Positions 37,150-51,120 of a stretch of DNA of 64,000 nt are shown piece by piece; the stretch's first letter is position 1, and every line of letters starts with the position of its first letter. The notes under the pieces were generated by a model. It did no database searches and had not been told where the DNA came from. It was given only the letters and a program-made list of their open reading frames with translations. Made by a program: the position numbers and the translations under genes. The stretch lies in contig NW_026855732.1 of assembly GCF_026571515.1 (NCBI RefSeq), positions 1-64,000 on the forward strand, read 5' to 3'. Origin of the DNA: Ruditapes philippinarum. Its lineage: Eukaryota.

Positions 37150-38277
37150 TATTTCTCAGTACTAAAACAAACTGAAATATGATTATTTTTGAGCTGGACT
37201 GATTGCTGTGACTGATACAAAAATTATAAACTTGTATTTTTGAATTTTTTAAATATACGTATACGAGTACGTATGTAATAATTGTTTACCTAAACTGACG
37301 TATTATTTATTTATAATTACTGTAATTGTATGTTCGTGGTTATTTGTAAACATTTAATTTCTAAGATATTAATTGGATTATTCCTTTTTTTGCATCAATG
37401 CAAACACGATATTAACAGACAGGGACAGACATTGTCATTTTATAATTAAACATTCCATCTCACACTTTTTAACAAAAGTATCATTAAAATTATTACCATT
37501 GAGTAATTAGCTTAAATGTGACAATTAATTCAATACAAATAATTAAGAAACATATGTTTTTTAAACCTTTTTCCCAAGATATTTCTATTTGATCAATTTA
37601 AATAGAATTCACGTAATCTTACATTTAATTCTTCGAAAATGTCTGTATATAATAATTGAACTGACCGTGTGGTATGCATTGAATCCTTATCTTCTGTAAT
37701 TCTAATTATCAGATAATTGGATTACAACAATCATTTAACCACAACCTATTTGTTACCAAACGAGCGCATGTTAATGTTTATGGTTATCAAATAAAGGTCG
37801 GAGTAAGGATCTAGGCGCACCGTCAATAATATTATTATTAATATTATATTAAAAATATTAACAACCGTTAAAATCCTTATACAGTGGTGGAAAATTTAAA
37901 GTGACTTTAAAGATTTAACCGCATGACACATATTGTAAAAATTTTTTTCTCTTTTTTTTCCTGAAATGAATTTATATAATTATAACTAGTCGAAGAAACT
38001 TTAAGATATTCGAGAGAAAAAAAAAACAACAACACAACTTTTTACGTGAGTATATTTAAAGAATCGACCACTTAATTAGCATAATAAAAATAAAACAACA
38101 CGAACTTATAAGGTCTCGATGGTTAAAAATAGGTTCACGTTGTTCCCAGCGGCGACAGGAAGACGATCGTAATAAAATGACATCGTTGTTTTGCCTGTTT
38201 GTTTCATTAACCGTTTGATAAAATTACCACACGAATGTTATGAGTATTCCTTTATTACACGAACGCTGCTTATCCCG

Positions 38278-38300
38278 ACAACAACAACAATAACAACAAC

Positions 38301-38334
<34 letters not shown>

Positions 38335-38350
38335 ACAACAACAACAACAA
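38278..38350 (+). repeat. (ACA)n microsatellite
   Basis: About 24 ACA units with two interruptions; explains the poly-Thr ORF. Confidence 0.97.
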
Positions 38351-39242
38351 AAACCAGCCACCCGATATCAACGTTTTAAATAAGCTTATAGATAATCTAC
38401 TTAAGACAAAACAGTAATTTCGAAAATTACACAATATCGACGCTTTAGAATAGCATATGCCTCGTTTGAGATTGGTCCACTGGAACTTTAAAATTAATTT
38501 ATGTTTTGCTGTATATTATTCATCTGAAGTTTACCCCAATGAGATCAAAGATACGAAGGTAGCGGATTATCTGACACTTTGCACGTAGAGAGAGACCTAC
38601 ATCAAATTGTACGAAATTTTTGAAAATCCCATTTCTTTTCCTACCAAGACAAAAAAAACTAAAACAAACAAAAAAAAAAGGAAAAAAAAAAACAAACAAA
38701 AAAAGCGACATCGTTTCAAACATCGACTAAGATCGACTTCTTTAAATATGTGAAATAACAATTTGCATTTGGCCATGCGTAGGCTGATGTATAATCTTTA
38801 TATATCTGATATCGTGTTTTCATTAACAGCATAATCTGGCAATAAGTCCAGCAGCTGTGTATAATCCGATAGTTTCTAATGGCAATAAATGTATACTTAT
38901 CAGATTTAATGATATTTTCTCCAATGGTGACAAATAAAACTTAATGTGTTTGTTGATTAAGTCAGTCAGATAACTGGAACTAAAACATCAATATGTTTTC
39001 GTAGCAACATTTTCTTTGATAACAGTATTGAAACTTACAAATTGTAAACTGAGTTAATGATTACAATTTAGTTTAATTTGTATTTAAATGCAATTAAATG
39101 GATTGAATGTGTATCGATTCAATAATGCTACGCCTGGGGGATGATTTGTATACATATAACCTGATACAGATAAATAACTAAACATTTAATGTGATGAGAT
39201 GAGTATAATTTATAGGTTTTGTCATTTCCAAATATATTCAAA

Positions 39243-40304
39243 ATGGTATCAACAGCAAAACTAGCATCGCTTGGGATTTTATTCATCATATCTTGCTTAA
39301 GTGGACTGGTACTACCTTTTATCATTCTTCGAGGACTTGCACGGAATTGTCAAAGCTCGAAATCCTTTAAAACAGTGTTAGGAGTATTAAACTGCTTTTC
39401 TGGTGGAGTTTTCATATCGACATCATTGTTGACTCTGCTTCCAGAGGGTAGAGAAACTGTTGAAAAGGCATATAATGTGATGGGACATAACCTTATGTAT
39501 CCCGTTACAGAGCTTTTGTTGGGATTTGGATTTCTGATAATCCTACTCATTGAAAGTGTGACGATTTCGTGTTACAAGAAACATAAGAAAATACCTAAAG
39601 GTTCCGAACCCCGTCCGGATATAGAACGAGTGAGTGAAAGTCAAACCAGAACTGATACAACTGACACCACACATGAATGTAATGATTATTGTGCTTCTTA
39701 CCAGAATGGTCATGTAACAGTCATTCCTAGGGTTCAAGGAGCAGACGAACAACAGGACATAACCCCAACATCGCCGAGAACAGAAATTAAAAATGACTCA
39801 CAACTCCCAGACCACTGTCTCTCTGAAGATATCTATGGCGAAGGAATGTCAAACTTACACAGCATTGTTCTTCTGATGGCTTTGTCAATTCATATGATAT
39901 TTGATGGTCTTAGTTTAGGATTATTGCCAGACGAGAACGAGGTCTGGTCTCTCCTTATGGCACTTGGAATTCACAAGATACTTATATTTTTCAGTACTGG
40001 TATAACAATATGTGAAAGTACAACGACAATAAAATTTATCATCGCTATGCTATATATGTCACTCGTGTCGCCTTTAGGCGTTGGACTGGGAATTTTATTA
40101 ACATCACAGTCGGCCAATGTTTCGTTAACAATTATTTCTGCCTTTTTACAAGCAGTAGCTGTTGGAACGTTTGTTTATGTTGCATTCTTTGAAATTTTGC
40201 TTAAGGAATTTACAGCTGGTGAAAACATGAGAATTGCAAAAGCAATATCTACCGTCTTTGGCTATTGTATATTTGCAGGAATAAAGTTCATTATGCCGGA
40301 ATAG
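39243..40304 (+). CDS. ZIP (SLC39) zinc/metal transporter, ZIP1/ZIP3-like subfamily II, 353 aa, intronless CDS
   Basis: Eight hydrophobic segments in a 3+5 arrangement; LNCFSGGVF, YPVTE, ALSIHMIFDGLSLG, GIHK, SPLGVGLG, AVGTFVYVAFFEIL motifs; ATG at 39243 lies just downstream of a candidate splice acceptor (TTTATAG, ~39215). Confidence 0.93.
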   Translation: MVSTAKLASLGILFIISCLSGLVLPFIILRGLARNCQSSKSFKTVLGVLNCFSGGVFISTSLLTLLPEGRETVEKAYNVMGHNLMYPVTELLLGFGFLIILLIESVTISCYKKHKKIPKGSEPRPDIERVSESQTRTDTTDTTHECNDYCASYQNGHVTVIPRVQGADEQQDITPTSPRTEIKNDSQLPDHCLSEDIYGEGMSNLHSIVLLMALSIHMIFDGLSLGLLPDENEVWSLLMALGIHKILIFFSTGITICESTTTIKFIIAMLYMSLVSPLGVGLGILLTSQSANVSLTIISAFLQAVAVGTFVYVAFFEILLKEFTAGENMRIAKAISTVFGYCIFAGIKFIMPE

Positions 40305-43300
40305 TATGTCATTCTGAATAAGAAATAAATAAATTGTCATTTAGTAGTAAACGGTGTTTATTTTACATTATAGTATTTAGAGATAAGTGAAAATATTTCA
40401 TTGAATAAAGAATAATCTTAGCAAAACATCGTCATTTCGATAAATGCCGCTTTATCAATCACATTGGTACTAAGCAACGCGCATGAATAATTAAGAAAAA
40501 ACATACCGTGTTCAAAATAATTTTTTTTTGGCGAAAGCTTTTGTTCTCGTCTCTAGGTTGCTTTACATGTACACATTTGTTTATTACTGTAACATAATTA
40601 ATCTAAATGCAAGTATTTTTATCAATACAAAATGCCTTAGGATATTTTCCGCTCAATTTTGCCAAATGCAGTATAATATGCAGTAGTATGGGGGATTTCT
40701 TTAATCAAAAACGCATTAGTTTGATTTGTAATCAGCATTAGGGACTTCAAATAAAAATCAAAACAGTTTTGTTTGTTTGATGTTGTTGTTGATGTTGTAT
40801 AATAGTAGTTGTGAGTGAGAACGTTTTGTCTTCGTTTCTTTTTACATTACCCACATAAATCATTGTGCTGTTGTACTTTTGAGCTGAATTATGCTTCTTA
40901 AAAAGTGCAAATGAACAATTATGAAAATGGCGTTTCTAATTACTTTAAAAGAATTCGCAAAGTAATATATTTAAAACAAAATAAACAAACCAAAATCTTA
41001 AAACAAAAACAATGTGTTCGATTTTCTCTGAATTACGCATAAATGCATATACGCACGCACGCACAGAGAGAAAAAAACCCACTAAAGTTTGCTTGCATTT
41101 TATGCATAAGATGACAGAGTGTACTATTTCTATTTCCATATCATTACTCAGTTAATAACAACTAATAACAATTATGTTCATTCCTTACGATTTATTGATA
41201 CTGTGGACCAGGCACATACATAAAATGCATTGTATTTGTGAGGAAACCCTTTGAAAACTAGGGAGAGTTTGCATTTATTTTCCCAATTATTATATAAGAA
41301 ACAGTTAAACATTATAATATAACATTTAACATGCAATATACAGACCAAGATTTCGTTAGAAAGGAAAGCAATTGAAAAAATAAGATAAGTGTTTTTTTTT
41401 CCTGGGAAATATAATTTTAAAATTATTACAAGTTACAATGAAAAAATGGCTAATCCTATAATATTTTATGAATAATATGCCGGTCACTATCAATAACTCA
41501 ATATGAAAAAAATATTTGGGGACATTTACAAGAAGCAAATTACATTGATCTTTGTCATCGGTTGATAAAGATGTAATGTTGTGCCAACTTTTTTTAATTA
41601 CATTGTATTTGATTCGCTATAAGCAGCAGAGAATTCTCGTATCATTTACACCATTTTGAAACATGTCCTTAGTTATCCAATATCGCACTTTTCAGGTTGT
41701 TTAGAACCTCTTAATAAGGCGCATATTATTAGAAATTCATTTTCGAAATTAATTTTAACACCATTCATGAAAACGTTTTTTGAAAAACAACAAAATTGAA
41801 TTATTGTTTAATTAGAATCTGTAAAAAGATTTTCCACATTTTTTGGAAGTCGAATTTTCAATTATGTTTACCTCAAGGCAGAACAAGGATAATACGAATT
41901 ATAATCAATAACAATTAATCAACACTACTTTAAGAAATAAATTTCCGACTCAATGAAGTAATAATAAAAAGGAGAGAAAAACCAGCACTAAAATCCCAAC
42001 AACAATGTTATAATTATTTGTGCTGATTAAGCTTCACTAGAACAAATATTAAGAAGAACGGATTACAAGATTAGGAGACGTTACAAAGTCATTTTTAAAC
42101 CGCCTTATAGAAACAATCTGGCTAACATTATTTCTACTAAGGGGAATATAATCGCAGAGGGAAAATCTTATTCGTCACGCGAGTTATTGTTTATTTCCCT
42201 TTCCGAAATTTCGAATCAATGTTGTAGTATATTTAGTGGAGATTGGTCCAATGGTACTCGATTCAAGTCAAGAGGTATCGGCTGTAGTTTTACACTGAAA
42301 ATTTCCATGAACATTGCATTTAATTTACTTCCATGAAATATCAAAATATGTATGGCCAAAGGTGCCATGTGCATCAAACTTAGACAATAACATACATTCA
42401 TAGACTTACTTACACATTTTGTAAGTCGTTCATTTTTTTCATTTTTTTGCGGTTATTTTTTATTGTAATTCATTGTGTAACCATGACCAAACAATCTGAA
42501 CAATTTTTGCAAAGTAATGTTAATTTATACTGGTCAAGCTTTATATTTTTCTTAAATGAAATACTCAAACGTATAAGAACTAAATATTTGAAATGAATAT
42601 TTTACAGTTATTGTATGTTATCTGATATTCCCTTATAACAGAAATTATAGAATTATCTAAGCTTATATAATCATAATATAAAGCAGAAATGTTTTTTCTT
42701 GTTATCGACATTTGTTTATTGTTTTCTAAAACGTGTTAAATGTTCATTAGGATCCGAAGCAAACATATCTTTATTTCATTATTGTATTTTGTCAGAATGA
42801 ACGTTGTTAAAACCCATTACTTACACTGGACGTTCATTTTACATTTTTTTATTGATCGGTTTCATTAATGTTTTTAAGCCTTACTTATAGGGATACATTT
42901 AGAGCCATATTTTATAACGTTAATATCTTAAATAATGAAGGACAATGTCACTTTCTATTGTATGTCATGTGACTGCGTCTCGACCAATCGTAAAACGGTG
43001 AAATTATTATTCATAGGATAACAGCGGTATTTTACTTTTGTGTATGATTTTATCAAGATGTGGATCATGCAAATGGCTGATTTATAACCTGTACTGATTA
43101 AATAAACTAAGCCGGTCTGAATACAAATCTAACGGGATCATATAATCATTTAAACAATACTCACATACCTATACACATATCTTGAGTGAACACAAACTAT
43201 TTTCTTGATATAAGTACACCAATTGCTTAAATAACAACCGCATATATACAGCTTAAAACAAGCAAATTTATTTTCAATAGATTGCAATGAATTGATGTTT

Positions 43301-46300
43301 TATAGACACAATCATTATAAAATGATCACCTTTTTCCAGATATTTTTTCTTTTTTTAGCAGTTAAATATTACTGATTTTATACGTTCGTCTGTTATCTGT
43401 TCAATCTTTATTTCGTATCATGTTATTGTTAAAAATGTAAATATACCTCTTTTAACAATGACTGTATTTGCTTTTTAACTAAAGTATATCCTCACAAGAC
43501 GAATATTCATATATTCATTACAATGTTATAATTATCTATTGTTTTAATACTATTTTCAAAATGTGATTTTTATCTGTTTTGTTGTAATTCAATGGTAAAG
43601 AAAAATACATTTTAAACCGGTTGTCATGTTGAAAAAATGGTTATTATAATAACAATTAATATTCTGTTCAAACTACAAACTTAAAACAATGCCACACTTA
43701 AATTTTACATAGTCAAATTTGAAAATAGAAGCTGTTTTACAAGATATTTTTCCTGTATATTTTAGAAATTAAGACAGAGATATAACGTTTATTTGTTACG
43801 ATTTGGTGCATCATTTAGACAGTATTATCGCAGTCAAAATTAAACTTCATGTATTTGCATAATGGCTGTGTTACCTAAATACTCATCTTATCTTGTAATT
43901 CATTTTCCCCCAGCTGATTAAAAAGTGTAGAAAACGGTTGATTTCGCTATGTTGACTACGATTAATGATAATATTCTTTTGATTTCCTTCAAAAGAAATC
44001 ATTCGTAAATGACTATGACATATTTGGAAAATCTGGTTAAAATATGCAATAATTTGTCTTTGATGTCACAGAAGTAAATTAAAATGATGCTGATTTATCT
44101 TTAATAGCAAAATAATCATCATTGAGACAAAATGAGTGGTTCAATCAAACCAAATGTATTCTGTCATAAATGGCGATATTATCGAAAAAGTTATTACAAA
44201 ACAGTATTATATCCTGAACGCGTAATCATCAAAGAAATGATTTCATTTCGTAGAGGCTTTAAGTTGTATAATGGGATAAAGTTAAGTGCTAATTATCTGA
44301 TATTTTCATTCATTTATAAAAGTCTCCTTATATATTGATACATGTTATACCAGCAATATTGTTTGTGTATGAAACACGTGGTCACCAAACGTTACTTTTA
44401 CATTTTTTTTCATTAGAATTCAACAATAAAAACAAACAATAGTGTCATAGTGATTTTAACGCTTTTAATCAACAGATCTTGGTCGGCTATACTAAATGAA
44501 AATATAAATTTGTCAAATCTAAATGAAATCACAAATGTGTCAAGAATGTAAATTGAAGCCTCCTAGTGGCAAAAGGGCCAGTGCCGACCAAAGTCAGCAG
44601 GCACTGTTGTTATGAAGATATTTTGCATGACAAAGGTTAATCAGCATCTAGAAGCGAACACACAGTAGCTTTGAAAATATTTTAAATAATAAAAAAAAAA
44701 GATTTCAATTGATCAATATTAGATATCTGATTTCGTTTTATTTCATTATTATTCAACCTTTTCTTAATACATTTCAGATAAGAAACAATGAGAAATATAA
44801 TCTTTGTCTCTGAAAATGTCACGTACATGGCATTATTTCACTCCCTATCATTATTAGATTTCAAGTTGATTTACATCATTAAATTGCTACTATTTCTCTG
44901 TGAATTATTTCTTTATTTGTTTCATTGAATAAATGTCTAACATCATTTTGATATACTGTAGTCTTAAATAACATCAATATCATCTTGATACTTGTGTTAT
45001 AAATTTAGAACATCTCCAAGAAATATTCCGGTGTGTGGCGAAGTTTTATTTCTGTATATTTCACACAATTGCCGAGTTTGGTCTATTTAATTTAAAACAA
45101 AATTATATTCAGTAAGAACTTTTTTTTTAATAAATCACATTATATTGCTTTATTTTACAAATAGTACAATGTATATTGTAATATATTATATTTATAATAT
45201 ATTTAATAAATATTATGTATATAATATATAAATCTTGTGTGAAGTTGGTTAAACTAATGATCCAAAATCTTTAATTCCATTGCCTTTATACAGCCATCAG
45301 TGAACATGTAGTAAGCTAATGCGCATAAGTTTCATGAAACATGAAATACGTATGTTAAGACTCCAACGGAGACCTTTCGGTTGACTCCGTCAATATAATT
45401 GTAAATGTACCATCATCGATGTTTGCGACAAGGTCATCAATGAAATGGCTTCATTACAATTAGTTGGTTGTAAATTTGATTAAAGCTAATTGGATGAAGG
45501 TCTTATGGTTTAATTACAAAAGAACCATCACAAAAACTTCTAGACGCTAGTCAAAAACAATGGAGACTGTTTTAAATAGTCATTTTTAAGGACAATAGTC
45601 TTGTGCTGTTTTATTTTTATATTTTGTTCTTAAACAAAACAAATATTTGCAGACTGCTATTTCCCAAAATTTCTCTGATGAAAATAACTGTAGTTATGAT
45701 TCCATCTCAGTGAATAATTGGGAAACAAAAAAAAATTAACTCATTTGCAAATTCCTTTTCTTATCTCATACATGAAACACACAAATTATATTTGATTAAA
45801 GAGGACAAGTTTTGAGGTACTTTGTTACTTAAAACCTGAAGTAAACTAAGGAACAACTACCAGAAGCTTTACAGAAAATTATTCAGTATATCTGGAAAAT
45901 TCGGTCATGCAATCCTACATAGTTTTCATGTTATGGAACAGTTACGTAATTACTACCTGCAGGGATGGTCTGTCACTTCCAGTTTGTAGAAGAAAATTGT
46001 TCCCTGTATGATTCCGAGCCAAATTAGGGAAATTAACTAAGCGTTGATTAGTCCAAAGATCTAGTGCTCTCTATTCTATCATTATATCATCACATAATAT
46101 TAAAAAAAAACAACAATAAATATTAGTTGACTGCTAATAAAACTTTTAATAAGAGAATTTGTAATTATCATTTTAGACTTTAAGAGTCGAATTTTTCACA
46201 TTATTTTCTTTTAATTTTCTTTAAATGTGCCTTAAACTATAATTACTGTACCTTCTCGATGGCGACCACATTTTGTATAAAATAGAAATCGAAGGGAAAA

Positions 46301-49300
46301 GAAAAGGAAAAGAGAAAGGTTATCTATTTATGAGGCACAAAAAGTAAGGCTTAATTACATTTTCATCTGACTTTCTGTTTTCCATATGTGTTTTTTTCCA
46401 ATATAGACTGCAAATCGAATTGCCCTTTCCTTTAATGTCTGGAATAAACTTTGTTAACAGTGCCTGTCTTCAGTTCACAACAATTAACGTATATATCCGT
46501 TTGTAAACTTGTATTTGTACGGAGAAAAAGAACACATAAAACGCAGTGATTGAAACTTTCACGAATCTGTCAATACCATTATTTTCACGTAGTTCCATCT
46601 GGATAGTTTACAGACAGACATTTAGTTTTATTTTATATGATATGTTCACATAACTCAACATATACTTGGACTATTGAAAAAAATGTGTCTTTTCCTTAAC
46701 ATATATTTGTTGTCATCAGAATATCGTTATATTTTAACTGGTCCTTGGAGATCATTGATTGCAATATTCTAGTAATGAGATTTTTATGCTGATTTTAAAC
46801 CCGGTGCCAGAGACGCTACAGAGGTTGCACTTCCTATTAATATTTTGATTCGACATCAAAAAAGGAATCTTTTATTTTCAACTATTTGCTTTTTTGTTCA
46901 TTTATAGTGATATATAAATGTTGTGTATTTTCCCTCACATGAAATTTATATAACAATATCTTCTTACGTAAGACCCTTATGAAATTTAACGATTAATTGA
47001 TACGGTTACGGTTTCCATCATATGATTACATAAGTGTCGAATTAACAGACTGGGTGGTACAACGTATAATAAGGTAAACCTGTTAAAAAAAACAAAACAA
47101 AAAACAACTACAACAACAAACAGTGGAAATCTTTAAATTAGAAATAATATAAGTAAGTCTATATATTGCACTGATATCGTATCAACACGGAAATTGAACA
47201 GATAGGATTTAGTTAATAGAAAATAGTTCAGAGGATGAATAACTACGACCTTTCAATGTTGTTTCCTAAAATGTATTTGAGTTCTATCAACTCTACCAGT
47301 CTTGAATATTACCTCACTGTTGCTAATTGTTACAAGCATAAATGTGTTGCTTGATAGAAGAGGTTAAGATACGACATAAGATTTGTTCTGCAACAATTGT
47401 ATAAAAAGGAAAGGGACAAAGAAAACTGGGAGGACAGGAAATACTCACAGTCAAACTGAAAATAAATTGGATCACGAGTACAAAAACATACATGGCAAAT
47501 TAACATATGCACATTCATCCTCGTATGAAAAAGAGATTACTCTTCAGTCTAAAGAAATCATAAAAGTAATATTTATTTCTTTTTTTAATTTCCATTCTTA
47601 TTTCATTGAAATTTTTAAATTATGATAAACTGAAGTTGATTTTAGCTTAATGACAGATAATGTAAACCCAGCTACTTCACAAAGAACAGAAAAATAACGA
47701 ATGTAAAATCGAAATTTTAATTGTCTATAATATCGATTTTTGACTCTTGTTTTATTTTGATATTACTATAAAGGGTTTCAGATAATTCGAGAGTTTCATT
47801 TAAGTAAAATGCAATGAAAAAAACTGGTAAAAAACCGACAATGAGTCTTTGAATCAATTATTTTGTTCCTAATGTTGTCTGAGCCAGTATGATGGTGAAA
47901 TTGTTTCTGGCATTTACAAGTCCAGTGGGTAATAGGTCAATGTTAGATTTGATTAATACTGAGTTCATTCAACTCACACTAAATGACTATCTCTTTCTTA
48001 CACCTAAATTTACCGTACGCAAGTATCGTTTGAAAAATAAATCATCTTAGAAGATACAAATAGAACTTCCAGACATCTTTGGTTTTATGGAGAAAAACAA
48101 ACAACTTACTCTGAAATACAACAATTTAATAAAATTTATTGAATGTCCAAATGTTCTATATACCGTATATTCCACTTAGAGTTAAAACAAATATGGCAAG
48201 CTTGTACTAATTGGTATTTATAGACAATAAACGTGACTTTGTTTTATTTTCAGTTTCCGAATTAAAAATGTTTGTCTGCACGCCCCTGAAAATGTGTCTG
48301 TCTGGAATATCACTATAATAATAATATAATTGCTTTATTACGAGAATGATAAAACCGCAGTGCAGAACCTTCAATACATTGAACGTAAATATACAGTTAT
48401 AATATACACATATCATAAAGATATAAATCCGATCTCTCATATTTTCATATTCAAATGTATTTATGTTTATATCGTAATTAAAATGTTACATCACCTTCTG
48501 ATATTGAGTATTGTAAAGTAAAATATGACAAAATTACATAAATCTTGATTTATGTATACAATTTTAATGTTAAAAATGTACAGTCAGGCGAATAGTGCTA
48601 GACCTCCTAACAATATTCACATTTGGTTTTTAAAAGGTAAAAGTCGTTTATACATTTTTGTTTTAGCAATAGATATTCATGCTAAAATGTCATAATGATT
48701 TTTTCTTTCTTTACATATATACTCCGTTTATAACAACATAACACAGTTAAATTGACGTTTAGAGGCCATCCGTATTAATCTCTATCTTATTATTAGAAAG
48801 CAATGAAGTTGATGTTTAGGTCAATGTCAATACCGCCTATTACGTTTAGATATGTTTTTTATAAACTTACGCACGAAAATGACAAATGTCATCTCAAATG
48901 AGTACCTCGCTGAGCGTAGACTCAAAAAACCACCCGCCACGCACCAAGTGCCCACATTCACGAGCACGGCTCCTTAGCAGACGCTACATTATCTCTTCCA
49001 CTATGTTCACAATAAACCTTATTACTCTCAATATTATCCCTGAATGAGTGCACACTACCTCACTTTATCTCTGCCCACCATAAGATAATTAGCAATCGTC
49101 ACCAACAACTCAATCTATTTCCTAGAGGTGGTATTGATCTCTTAGCGGCAGCCTCAGCCAGCACATGGAGCATTTACGGCGTACGATTAAAGTGTCACCG
49201 TACAACACACTTCCTTCCGACCGTCCGTTATGTTTTTTATTGTTTATTTAATGTTTTTAATTACGGGAGCAAACACCAAGTTCATCATCTTCACGATAAC

Positions 49301-50810
49301 ATTTCAATTAAGTAATTATATTGAATAGCTCTATATCAGTACAAATTAAATATAGAATACCGGAAGTGCAAATGGAAAAATCTGATCACGGCTTGCTATT
49401 GCAACAACTTTAAACACGACTCAATTAAAACGGGCACCAAAAGATACGAAAGTCATAAAGTGCATTGGGATATTTAGAATTTACTTAGAACTTACCACGT
49501 TATATCGTTTAGTTGCTCCGAAAATATATCTGGTTTTTTATATATATGTAGCCAAAATCATTTCCTGTCTTCTGTAAAAATTTAATCCGGCGCAATCTCA
49601 CCGGAAGTCCTGGTATACAAATTAAATCACTTTCCAACAAACATTGAGTGCTGTTTGTTCAAATAAATTTATAAAGATAAATTTTTCCAAAACAATATCT
49701 CGTATCTCTATAAATGGGTTCATAAAAAGTAACAAGACGACAGTGCATTCAGCTGTTTCGAACCTTGATTTTAAAATATTTTAAACATTGATATTGAATT
49801 AAAAGTAAACATTAAAAAGCTACATACATTTTAAAACAAATTATCAATTTAAAGTAAATTAAATTAAATACTTCTTTATTTATGAGGTTATACAACAAAA
49901 AGCAATTAACGTTAAGAAAAACACATTCCTAAATTAGGGTAATCGGTTGATAATTTAGAGGTCTTTTGCATGATTTGCACCTTGTGTACATATCCAAAAA
50001 AACAAGTCAATTCCGGTCTGAAATATAACATAAAAGGATACATTAACACCTGAATGGAGGCAAGAGTTTGATTGAAACTGTATTTGATTTATATTTATTT
50101 ATTTCATTATTTAACAAAACAACTGTTTTGCAAAATCATGAACACATTCAAAATATTTCACAAAGATATGTTACAAAATGAACAAAATGAATTCATTTTG
50201 TAACAGCTATTTATTTACGCAGTTTTATTGATTATGACACAAACTTTGATTAGATGATACGTTAGAATGGTCAAATTGAATTGAAATTAGAGGTATTTGA
50301 GCCGCGCAGCTGTAAATCATAGATCACTGGATAAGCTGTATGGTAAAAGTTATTGTTATATTTGCTAGCTTTGCATGACATGGAAATTCTGCAAAGGTCA
50401 AATTTAAGGTATTAGATGTTTAAATGACAATGTTTCAAAAGTAATCTAGAACTTTACATTACTAAACATTTGCTTAACATACAGTTTCTGAAAAAGTCTA
50501 AGTCATTAGAATATTATGTTCTTCCGGACTGACAACAGGAAAATTTAGATAAAACGGAAAGGGCACCGAAATTATAGCACACATAAGAAGTTTTTCCTAT
50601 GAGACACATGAACAGGTAACATAGGTTTGTAGAATAGAACATATCGAGAAAGCAAGATGAACAACAAAAATAATTACTTAGTAAACTGTTCTTCTTGGTT
50701 GAAATATTCGGCGGAAGTTTGTAGAAGAAAATAACAACAATAGACAACTACTGTATAATAATATGTAATATCGGATCATTTATTTAACACTTAAACAACA
50801 TACAAATATA

Positions 50811-51120
50811 TGAGCCGCGTCACGACAAAACCAACATATATGGCGGTTCTCGCACCAGCATTAAAGATCCAGGACCAGCTGCCGCTTACCAGCGCAGTCT
50901 TGATCAGGATCCATGCTGCTTCGCTTACCAACCCTACATTACAAGTAGCAGAAACTGACTCATCCGCTAGAGGTGGAGTGCTGATCAGACTGCGGGCACC
51001 GCTATGCGCAGGCATCTCCCTCTCTAGTATCTATCTGGTCGCAATACCCTCCACCGCTACTCTTATGGTTGGCCTAATATATGCGGTGCTATCCCCTTAT
51101 TGTCATGTCCATGCCGATCG
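50811..51120. mobile_element. Insertion-riddled copy of the 341-539 MITE family
   Basis: TGAGCCGCGTCACGACAAAACCAACATA, GATCAGGATCCATGCTG, CTGATCAGACTGCGG, ATGCGCAGGC and CTGGTCGCAA blocks occur in the expected order but are separated by extra bases. Confidence 0.65.

Noticed and set aside
38191-38379. Poly-Thr mucin-like ORF
   Set aside because: Translation of an (ACA)n microsatellite; non-ATG start and no supporting splice structure.
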